A DNA stretch of 64,000 nt from contig JAEOTB010000010.1 of NCBI GenBank assembly GCA_016840065.1, forward strand, positions 33,629 through 97,628. Direction: 5' to 3'. The position numbers were made by a program, and so were the translations under genes. Of this stretch, positions 10,410-17,875 are shown in pieces; positions within the stretch are counted from its first letter, which is position 1, and each line of letters opens with the position of its first letter. Source of the DNA: Candidatus Hermodarchaeota archaeon. GTDB lineage: Archaea; Asgardarchaeota; Hermodarchaeia; Hermodarchaeales; Hermodarchaeaceae. The notes under the pieces are model-generated. The model ran no database searches. It worked only from the letters and a program-made list of their open reading frames with translations, and was not told the DNA's origin.

Positions 10410-10605
10410 ATATGATACGCCTCGGTGGGAAAAACGTTCCCTGACTCAGAGATTTGTCATCTGCCTTGAATATTTTTTCGGTATAAAAATATATATTTCG
10501 GACGAAATTGCCCTCGTCTATCATAAATTTAGCATAACTTCTCGATAGAGTTGCATAATAAAGGGAGGGAGTGGCGCCCGTGAGGTGCACCATTCCTAAA
10601 GAACC

Positions 10606-10842
10606 TCAGCCACCTTCAGTTCGAGTGATGAGGTACAAAACATCCGAGTGTGTTATTCCTTCTCCCTTTATGGTCTGTTCATCGTTCATCTGATGACCAC
10701 GGTAGCTTAGAACGACGATGTTCGGAGGGATGCGTCGCATCTGAGCAACCTTCCGTCGGATTTCGCCGATCGTAGTGTTCGGTTCAACCTCTAGGAAGAC
10801 TGAATCGCCACCACCGATTGCAGGTCGGATTTCAATACGCAT
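10606..10842 (-). CDS. Ubiquitin (eukaryote-like, encoded as the mature form)
   Basis: Beta-grasp fold with LEVEP and IPP, C-terminal RTEGG; sits in the E1/E2/E3 cluster. Confidence 0.95.
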   Translation of the reverse strand: MRIEIRPAIGGGDSVFLEVEPNTTIGEIRRKVAQMRRIPPNIVVLSYRGHQMNDEQTIKGEGITHSDVLYLITRTEGG

Positions 10843-10851
10843 TTTAACTAC

Positions 10852-11097
10852 TCACCTTTTGACGGGTTTCAATTTTCTCAATGGGATGCGCGAACGACAA
10901 ATCGGGCAGACTCCTTTGACCTTCACCCATTCAGCGAGGTGGCCGTAATGGGCGGGGTTTCCGCATTTCGGACAGAACACTTTGGTCTGTCCTTCGCGAA
11001 TCGGTAATCCACAGACGCTGCATTGTTGCTGAGGAGTGGTCCAATCCCACGTCCCAATTTCTTTGATACGTGTGATTACGAATCTATCCTCAGTCAT
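10852..11097 (-). CDS. Small RING finger E3 ligase
   Basis: CSVC...CPKC...HYGH..EW...CPICR, immediately upstream of ubiquitin. Confidence 0.9.
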   Translation of the reverse strand: MTEDRFVITRIKEIGTWDWTTPQQQCSVCGLPIREGQTKVFCPKCGNPAHYGHLAEWVKVKGVCPICRSRIPLRKLKPVKR

Positions 11098-11261
11098 TGT
11101 AGCATTCCTTGTCGTTTTCGCTTGGCTCCTCTACTAAGCGCGTTAATAAAAATCTATGCAACTAGAGCTGATTAATTGTAGATACTTGTGGAGTGATTAA
11201 TCAAAGCTTTTAAGGCTGGTGTGAGTTACCTTGAACGTGCGCTTCAGGGGCGGATAATGCT

Positions 11262-11789
11262 TTGTCAGAGGCACCAAAGTTTAAAATTGAGATTGAAGCA
11301 ATTAAGACACCCAAAGGATTAGTGCCTACTGTTGAATCTCTGAGGCGAATAGTCAAAGCGCTCAATGTACTTGACGCAGATTTTAATCGGATGAATCTTA
11401 AAATGGAGGCAAATATTCGTGCGCTCCTTCGGGAGGTAAAAACACTACAGAAGCTAGTGGCTGACGACACAATAGCCTCCGAGTCATCTGTGGAGAGACT
11501 TGGCATCCTTGTTGAAAGAATGGATTCGCTAGAGAAGAACTTGAGAAAACGAAAGGCAGCACCTGCTGACGACTCTACAGCCGCATCTTTGAAGGCACTA
11601 AAGCGGGAGATCACTCCTACTCTTACAAAGGCTGCTAAGCGTTTGGAGGAAACAATGGCGCTCTTTGAACGACGTCTTGACGAGTTTCTCCGCGAACTTA
11701 AGAGTAGTATACTTCTTGCAGTTCGCCAAGCCACTTCTACATCTTCTTCTCCAAAGTCTACTTCAAGAAGGCGCTCTGGAAGGAGCTAA
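11262..11789 (+). CDS. Coiled-coil protein heading the ESCRT-I/II operon
   Basis: 175-aa heptad-rich ORF with a basic Ser-rich tail. Confidence 0.7.
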   Translation: MSEAPKFKIEIEAIKTPKGLVPTVESLRRIVKALNVLDADFNRMNLKMEANIRALLREVKTLQKLVADDTIASESSVERLGILVERMDSLEKNLRKRKAAPADDSTAASLKALKREITPTLTKAAKRLEETMALFERRLDEFLRELKSSILLAVRQATSTSSSPKSTSRRRSGRS

Positions 11790-11863
11790 ACTCGAATTGT
11801 TGCATCCCTTGCTAAAGATTAAATTCCCGCTCTCCCTAACATGATTCGAACACAAACGTCACG

Positions 11864-12631
11864 GTGAGTTTTATGGCACAAGCAGTGCGAAGGAAAACAG
11901 AAATGGCGATTGCTCGCGAAGCCCAGTTGATGTTCCGCAGGGCCCCAACATTCGCTCCTGTAGGCAACAATCTGCGTCGATGGCGCGGAAAAATTAAGGG
12001 TGGTCCACGTGGTAGAAAGGAATTCCTCGTTGAAATCATTGTGCCACCCAACTTCCCGGCTCAGCCGCCAGTTGCTCGCATGTTGACGCCAACGAAACAT
12101 CCTCGAGTAGATAGTGAATCTGGTGCTATTCATTTACGAATCGTAACTCAATGGCAGCCTCATTATCACATCTACCAAGTTGTAAACAGTATCAAGGGCC
12201 TCTTTGCTAGAGAACCTCCAAAAGTGGATGAAACCCAAGAACCTCCAGAGGTTGAGATGCCTGAAAGCGAAGAACTTCTGCAACGACGGTATCAAAGACT
12301 GGAACGAGAAGTCTCTCAACTCACTAGGAAGATTCAGGAACGTGATGAGCAGATTGCTCGGTTGTCTGCTCAAAGAGACACACATCGAATTCCAGTGAGT
12401 GAAGCATCAGGTGAAGAAGAAATCGATGCACTAATCCTACCAAGTGATCCAATGGAACGTCAAAAACTTGAGCTAGAGAGTGAAAGGCTAGCCATTGAAG
12501 ATTTGCTACAAAACTTAGAGGAGAAGTTTGAAAACGCTGAAATTACAGCCACAGAGTATACCAAGCTCTACAAGCGGTACAAGCGTCGTCTCTACCAAAT
12601 CGAGAAAGCTCTTCAGGAGCTAGGTAAATAG
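11864..12631 (+). CDS. vps23: ESCRT-I Vps23/TSG101-like protein (UEV, coiled coil, steadiness box)
   Basis: E2-like fold lacking the catalytic Cys (HPRVDSESGAIHL), coiled coil, C-terminal IEDLLQNLEEKFENAEITATEYTKLY. Confidence 0.9.
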   Translation: MSFMAQAVRRKTEMAIAREAQLMFRRAPTFAPVGNNLRRWRGKIKGGPRGRKEFLVEIIVPPNFPAQPPVARMLTPTKHPRVDSESGAIHLRIVTQWQPHYHIYQVVNSIKGLFAREPPKVDETQEPPEVEMPESEELLQRRYQRLEREVSQLTRKIQERDEQIARLSAQRDTHRIPVSEASGEEEIDALILPSDPMERQKLELESERLAIEDLLQNLEEKFENAEITATEYTKLYKRYKRRLYQIEKALQELGK

Positions 12632-12654
12632 AATAAAGGCTGAGGCGAGATTCC

Positions 12655-13296
12655 ATGGCTGTACGAGAACGGCGGCGCGAGCGAAGGCGGGTCCAAGAAC
12701 TAAAAGCAGATTTGTACGGGAGCATTGCAACCCTCGATAGCATCGTGAGGAAGTTCGAAGAGGGTGATCTGAACCCCACACTCTACAAGCGTCAACTCCG
12801 CTCTTTGGTTCGAGACACAATAACAGCACGGCAGCTGCTTGAGGCAGAGGGCTCCAGTTGGGAAGAGTTTCTACTCGAGGAACACATTACGGAAAGATTT
12901 CCCGAAGCCTCTGGAAAACTTCAGATTGCAGAACAGGCTCCTCAAGGAGAAACGCCTGAAGAATTTACGGGTCAAACTTCTGCCAAAATGGCAGCAAAAG
13001 CAGCGGACATTGTCTCTGACATAATAACCCTAATTGATATCGCCAAGCTTGGTGATGTCGCTAGGATGGATCTAATAGTTCCCTTACTTGATGATGCGAT
13101 TATTCTACTCACGAAATACCCGAATTTTCCTCCTGATTACTGGATTCTCGTTGCAATAAAAGAGTGGAGGGATAGGCTTCAACAGCGAGACCCGCGTGAC
13201 AAACTCTCACCTGAAGAGGCGAAACATCTAGAATTCCAGTCGATACGCTGGTTGAATGATTTCAAAAGACGTCTCCGGGAGATGGCTACCGAGTAA
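12655..13296 (+). CDS. vps28: ESCRT-I Vps28
   Basis: LKADLYGSIATLDSIVRKF N-terminal core, then a four-helix CTD (IITLID...LIVPLL...KEW). Confidence 0.9.
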   Translation: MAVRERRRERRRVQELKADLYGSIATLDSIVRKFEEGDLNPTLYKRQLRSLVRDTITARQLLEAEGSSWEEFLLEEHITERFPEASGKLQIAEQAPQGETPEEFTGQTSAKMAAKAADIVSDIITLIDIAKLGDVARMDLIVPLLDDAIILLTKYPNFPPDYWILVAIKEWRDRLQQRDPRDKLSPEEAKHLEFQSIRWLNDFKRRLREMATE

Positions 13297-13314
13297 TCAT
13301 GTCGAGGCCGATAG

Positions 13315-13611
13315 TTGATGAAGGGTTCGGCGTGGTCATATGCAGAGATGCGGGAGCGGCTGGTGAACGTTATAAACAAAGCCAACCTACAAATCAATGC
13401 CGAGTATGTCCTTGAGGACCTCGATGTCGTTGTTGCCTTCGCTCAAGCGATGCTAGGTGAAAATCACCACATTACAAACGAGGCACAAGAATGGTATGCG
13501 TATTTCTGGGATAAGTATCGATACAACCTAGAACAACATGTAGAGGAAAATGAGGCGCGGCGTTTTGCAATGTGCGCAGAGATGTGGCTGAATCATATTC
13601 GTCGAATTTAG
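13315..13611 (+). CDS. Free-standing Vps28 C-terminal-domain-like protein
   Basis: Aligns by eye over its full length with the CTD of the upstream Vps28 (EW and EA-x8-WLN motifs shared). Confidence 0.65.
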   Translation: MMKGSAWSYAEMRERLVNVINKANLQINAEYVLEDLDVVVAFAQAMLGENHHITNEAQEWYAYFWDKYRYNLEQHVEENEARRFAMCAEMWLNHIRRI

Positions 13612-13623
13612 GAGGAATTAGGT

Positions 13624-14361
13624 GTGTGTGGGCTTCATGAAATAGAAAAACGGGTGGAGATGGATGCCGCTTACCGGCGGAAACGTGCAAAGCTTATGCT
13701 CAAAGAACTGGAACATATGCTCCAAACCGTAGCAGAACTCGGTAGCCAAGCAGAAAACTTCGAAAAATCTTACGGAGAAATCCTGGAAGATATGCCAGAA
13801 CTTGGCGAAAAGGTTGCAGCAATTGCCCGGGAACTTGGGATAGCTCTACCTAGTGTTTCTACACCCACTGAAGTTGAAGATAAGCCAGGGCTGTTTGAGC
13901 GCATCACAGGACGTGGGCGTTTTTACGAACAGCTAGGATTACAGATACTTGATTTAGCTAAAAGGCGGAGGAGCGAAACAGGCGGAATTATGACTCTGGC
14001 TGAAGTCGTAATTCTAGTGAATAAACGTCGCCGTCACAACGTTTCACAAGTTGATGTAGCACGTGCTATCCACCATCTTACCAGTGCTAAACTGATTCCT
14101 GGGCTTCACAAACTCAAGTCCGGTATAAAAATCGTCGAGTTTGTACCCCGTGAATTTACTGAAGACCAAGTCATCGTGCTTTCCCTTGCCAGCCGAACTG
14201 GCTTTACAACACTTGAAGATGTTATGACTCAAACCCGATGGAACAGAGAACGTGCACTCGCAGCACTTCAAAGCCTCAAAGAATCTGGCGCTGCGAAACT
14301 TGACGAATCATATGCTCATGGAACGCGGTACTTCTTCCCTGGGCTAACTCCTTCGGCATAA
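13624..14361 (+). CDS. vps22: ESCRT-II Vps22/Vps36 (EAP30) protein
   Basis: FYEQLGLQI, ETGGIMTLAEV, tandem winged helices, WNRERA, YFFPGL. Confidence 0.92.
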   Translation: MCGLHEIEKRVEMDAAYRRKRAKLMLKELEHMLQTVAELGSQAENFEKSYGEILEDMPELGEKVAAIARELGIALPSVSTPTEVEDKPGLFERITGRGRFYEQLGLQILDLAKRRRSETGGIMTLAEVVILVNKRRRHNVSQVDVARAIHHLTSAKLIPGLHKLKSGIKIVEFVPREFTEDQVIVLSLASRTGFTTLEDVMTQTRWNRERALAALQSLKESGAAKLDESYAHGTRYFFPGLTPSA

Positions 14362-14410
14362 AAAAGACTCTACTAGAGAGTTTTATCCAACACCAAATTC
14401 ATTAAGCGTT

Positions 14411-15148
14411 CTAAATTTTTATTTCGAGAACTTCCTGTTCCTTGTCTAGCCAGCGGGCCCTCTTCTGTTTCACAAGAATGTCAAGGATTTCGCGTAGTTC
14501 AGACTTTGGAAGGCTTTCTAGATCATCACGGTGCTCTTTTAGCTTGAATAACGTAAATGTTGTACGTCCAGTCTCTAATGCCCAACGGTGAATCTCGTCT
14601 GCCCACTCCTCGTCTGTCTTCCAGAAAACACGGATTATTCCCTCCGCTTCATCAATCCAGCGACCTAATTCCTGTTTCACAAGACTCCCAAGTATGAATC
14701 TGACGGCACGCTGACGGTCAGAACGAATATCATTGAAGGGGCTAAGCATTACTAGCCTACGAGTGGAGACAATATGTAGGAGGACTTCCCTGCAGAAATC
14801 AAGTGTGAATCCTGCCCATTCAGCGCTCCACTGTTCAATGTCTCCTTCTGAACTGGGAATCGCGAACATGAAAGCATAGCGACCTCGCTTTGCAATCCAG
14901 ACATATCTTGATTTGAGTTGTTTTACTGCTAGTCTCGCAAGCTCCTCAACACTTCTCTCTTCTTCCTCTTCAACAGGGAGTACAAGAACCGCAGCCTCTT
15001 CCTCTGGTTCATCCTCTTCTTCAGTTGAACGGCTAGTCTCTTGTTCTGCCTTTTCAAGGACCTGGATGTACTCCTCCTCGCTGAGGTGTACTGGTTTGGG
15101 TTTATCCTCCTTCTCCCTTGAACGCCTTCTTGGCTTCTCCTTGACCAA
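14411..15148 (-). CDS. vps25: ESCRT-II Vps25 with a charged N-terminal extension
   Basis: WSAEWAGFTLDFC, VFWKTDEEWADEIHRWALETG, FTLFKL winged-helix motifs. Confidence 0.9.
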   Translation of the reverse strand: MVKEKPRRRSREKEDKPKPVHLSEEEYIQVLEKAEQETSRSTEEEDEPEEEAAVLVLPVEEEEERSVEELARLAVKQLKSRYVWIAKRGRYAFMFAIPSSEGDIEQWSAEWAGFTLDFCREVLLHIVSTRRLVMLSPFNDIRSDRQRAVRFILGSLVKQELGRWIDEAEGIIRVFWKTDEEWADEIHRWALETGRTTFTLFKLKEHRDDLESLPKSELREILDILVKQKRARWLDKEQEVLEIKI

Positions 15149-15162
15149 TATTCATCCCCTTT

Positions 15163-16326
15163 CTATGAGCCGTGCTTCTCTTCCCATTCTTTATACTTCT
15201 GTAATTCTTCCGGTGTTATTGTAGTATGAATGTGGCTCAAACTCTCAACAAAATCCTTCTGAGTGACAGGTCTAACTGGTTTCTCCTTATCTCGGATGTC
15301 TCCTGTGAGATCCAGTTCACGAATCGGTTCAAGAGAAGCCTCCCGGCAAATATGGGCAATATCTGAACCGGCATAACCCTCAGTCATATTTCCTAACTGT
15401 TCAAAATCCACATCACTATCTAACTCGATGCCCCTCGTGTGTATCTCAAAAATCCGTACACGAGCATCTTGCTCGGGTGTGGGAACATAAATACGCCGCT
15501 CAAAACGACGACGAAAAGCAGGATCGATATCCCAGGGCCGGTTTGTTGCGCCTAATACAACTACTCTGTCTCCCTTCCGGCTCTTCATACCATCAATTTC
15601 AACAAGGAATTGAGTCTTCAGACGCCGCTCTCCACCCACTTGATCACTACCCCGCTCAGCTGTTAAAGCATCAACTTCATCTAGAAAAACAATAGATGGC
15701 TGAGAATTCCTTGCAGCAGTAAAAAGCTGCTTAACCAGCCTTTCCGATTCTCCCAACCACTTAGAAACAAGCGACCCGGCGTCCGCGTTGAAGAAGGTGG
15801 CCTCTGTTTCATTAGCTACGGCTTTAGCAATCAAGGTTTTTCCGCAGCCTGGAGGTCCGAAGAGCAATACTCCTCTCCAAGGTCGGCGCGCTCCAGTGAA
15901 TAAATCCGGACGGAGGATTGGTAGAATAATGGCTTCGCGTAAAGCTTGCTTTGCTTCTTCTAGATTCGCCACATCATCCCATTTCACACTGGGTTTCTCT
16001 CGAACAACCAAGCTCGCAATATCATCCTGCAACTCCGAATCTGGACCCTCAACCTCTGTATCCCCAATATCGGGGCCAGAACCCCCTACTCTAACACGCC
16101 CACTCCTTAGTAATTTCGCCCGGGCAATATACTGCTCTGCCCTCTCCAAGGCAATAATACGCATCTTAGGCATCCTAGAAATCCTTGCTGCCTTGGCAAG
16201 AATATCAGCAGCTTCGATGTAAATGGAAGCAGCCTCTGATCGCTTCCCCGCTCTATCGTATTCAGCTGCCTTCCCCGCTTTTTCTTCAGCGATTCTCATA
16301 AGGTATTGTGCACTGCTCAACTCCAA
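15163..16326 (-). CDS. vps4: Vps4 AAA+ ATPase (MIT and AAA domains)
   Basis: MIT helices, RRPWRGVLLFGPPGCGKT, LVSKWLGESERLV, ATNRPWDID, RRRFERRIY. Confidence 0.96.
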   Translation of the reverse strand: MELSSAQYLMRIAEEKAGKAAEYDRAGKRSEAASIYIEAADILAKAARISRMPKMRIIALERAEQYIARAKLLRSGRVRVGGSGPDIGDTEVEGPDSELQDDIASLVVREKPSVKWDDVANLEEAKQALREAIILPILRPDLFTGARRPWRGVLLFGPPGCGKTLIAKAVANETEATFFNADAGSLVSKWLGESERLVKQLFTAARNSQPSIVFLDEVDALTAERGSDQVGGERRLKTQFLVEIDGMKSRKGDRVVVLGATNRPWDIDPAFRRRFERRIYVPTPEQDARVRIFEIHTRGIELDSDVDFEQLGNMTEGYAGSDIAHICREASLEPIRELDLTGDIRDKEKPVRPVTQKDFVESLSHIHTTITPEELQKYKEWEEKHGS

Positions 16327-16397
16327 TCAACCTACCAGACAGGTCACAAGCCACTAGTAATAAAACGCCTTCTTTAAGATATTGTGCGCTGCTCAAC
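16299..16397. repeat. 23-bp direct repeat (21/23 identical) duplicating the vps4 5' coding sequence into the divergent promoter region
   Basis: taaggtattgtgcactgctcaac (16299-16321) vs taagatattgtgcgctgctcaac (16375-16397). Confidence 0.85.
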
Positions 16398-16559
16398 ATA
16401 GAGTCTATGCGGAACGTAAGGGAGTAGAACCTCTCGTGCGTGTTACACGTCCCAGCAATGACAGCCATTTACAAAGACTTAATTTGTTGTATTCTAATTA
16501 ACTTATGTCGAAAAGATAATAAGCCTCTCTTTAGCTGGAGGAAACTGGAAGCTAATAAA

Positions 16560-17171
16560 ATGTCAGCAATAAGACGATTTAAGCAATGGCTCGGAGGCAA
16601 GCCTTCACTCAAACAACTTATCTTTAGACTTGATGTTTTCTGTCGGAAATTAGATTTGCAGCGGAAGATGTTAGAGAAGGAGGCTAGTAAGAGTCGTCAG
16701 AAGGCGAAGAGGTATCGGCTTCAGGGTAACATGGATGCTGTTCGTCTTTATCTACAGCATCATTTGCGTTTTCAGAAATGGGCTCTTTCTGTTGACGCAT
16801 ATCGCTTACGTATTGAAGGGTTACAAACCCAGTTACGACAGAGCGAGGCAATGGGAGACCTTGCGAAGATTCTTGGCCAGCTAAACGCTGCTTTGGGTGG
16901 ATTGAAAACCCAGGTCAAGGTGCCCGAAGTTGCCCAATTGGTGGATCAGATTGAAGGGAACCTTCGACACTTTGAAATGACCCAAGAGATTGCTGATACG
17001 GGTATGGAACGTATGTCGGTTTCAACTGAAGTTACTGATGGTGAAGTTAGCCAGGCATTAACTGATCTTGACCAAGAAATCGAAGTAGAAACTGGTACAG
17101 CACTTCCACAGCCAGAACAGCGAGTTTCACAATTAGAAGAAGAGATTAGGAGACTAAAGGAGGAAAGCTAG
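16560..17171 (+). CDS. ESCRT-III, Vps2/24/46 (CHMP1-3) class
   Basis: Snf7 fold with an amphipathic N-terminus and C-terminal MIM1-like LEEEIRRLK. The start is ATG 16560. Confidence 0.9.
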   Translation: MSAIRRFKQWLGGKPSLKQLIFRLDVFCRKLDLQRKMLEKEASKSRQKAKRYRLQGNMDAVRLYLQHHLRFQKWALSVDAYRLRIEGLQTQLRQSEAMGDLAKILGQLNAALGGLKTQVKVPEVAQLVDQIEGNLRHFEMTQEIADTGMERMSVSTEVTDGEVSQALTDLDQEIEVETGTALPQPEQRVSQLEEEIRRLKEES

Positions 17172-17828
17172 ATGGCAAAAGGAAGATTTAGCTCTCTCTG
17201 GGAGAGACTTTTCCCAAGGAAGCCTGAGCCAAAGGAAGACACTGTAGCTCGTATTCATCGTGTCGTCGATTTACTTGAGGTTCGCGGTCGGCAATACGAG
17301 ACAAAAGCAAAGGATTCTCGGGTCAAGGCGATTCGTTATGTGAAACGCGGAGACCGGAAAGCGGCAAAGCTTCAGCTTAGGAGGCGTTCAAGATACCTCC
17401 GAAAAGCTAGACTGGTTGAACAAGAAATCGACCTAATGGAGCGAGGAGTCGAAGCAATCGAGCAAGCCAAAGGCGAAGCAGAAGTCATGGGAGCGCTTCG
17501 CGGTATCGGAGCCACCCTCGAACAGCTACGTGAAACTGCGTCACCTGAATCTGCCCGGGAAACCATCCTAGAAACCCAAGCACTGATTGAGGAAGCAGAG
17601 TCAACAGAAGAAATTCTTGGTCTTGGCTTAGACGACGAAGAGTTGGATGCAGATGTCGAAGCAGAGCTGGAAGACATCGAGACATTAGTCGCTCTTGAAG
17701 AAGCAGGACAACTACCTACAGTTCCTGTAGGCGAGTCAGAGACTACAACAGGAGAACTAACGTCAGAGGAACGACGTGAGCGTACCCGCAAAGAACTTGA
17801 TCGCCTTAGGAAGGAATTAGAAGAATAA
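17172..17828 (+). CDS. ESCRT-III, Vps20/32/60 (CHMP4-7) class
   Basis: GDRKAAKLQLRRRSRY, DEELDADVEAEL, MIM2-like LPTVP. Confidence 0.9.
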   Translation: MAKGRFSSLWERLFPRKPEPKEDTVARIHRVVDLLEVRGRQYETKAKDSRVKAIRYVKRGDRKAAKLQLRRRSRYLRKARLVEQEIDLMERGVEAIEQAKGEAEVMGALRGIGATLEQLRETASPESARETILETQALIEEAESTEEILGLGLDDEELDADVEAELEDIETLVALEEAGQLPTVPVGESETTTGELTSEERRERTRKELDRLRKELEE

Positions 17829-17875
17829 TCGGTCGGAGCCAACCTGAATCGTCAGTCTTGTTGCCTGAGCCTTCA

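Noticed and set aside
10567-10597. Hairpin just past the ubiquitin stop codon as an ncRNA
   Set aside because: It is a short, imperfect stem with no family signature; at most a terminator or stability element.
11210-11734. Long antisense ORFs (also 17372-17842, 38712-39287, 27233-27535)
   Set aside because: They are shadows of coiled-coil or repeat-rich genes on the opposite strand.
16440-16559. 40-aa N-terminal extension of the first ESCRT-III in the ORF track
   Set aside because: It overlaps the promoter region. ATG 16560 follows a GGAGG and gives the normal amphipathic N-terminus.
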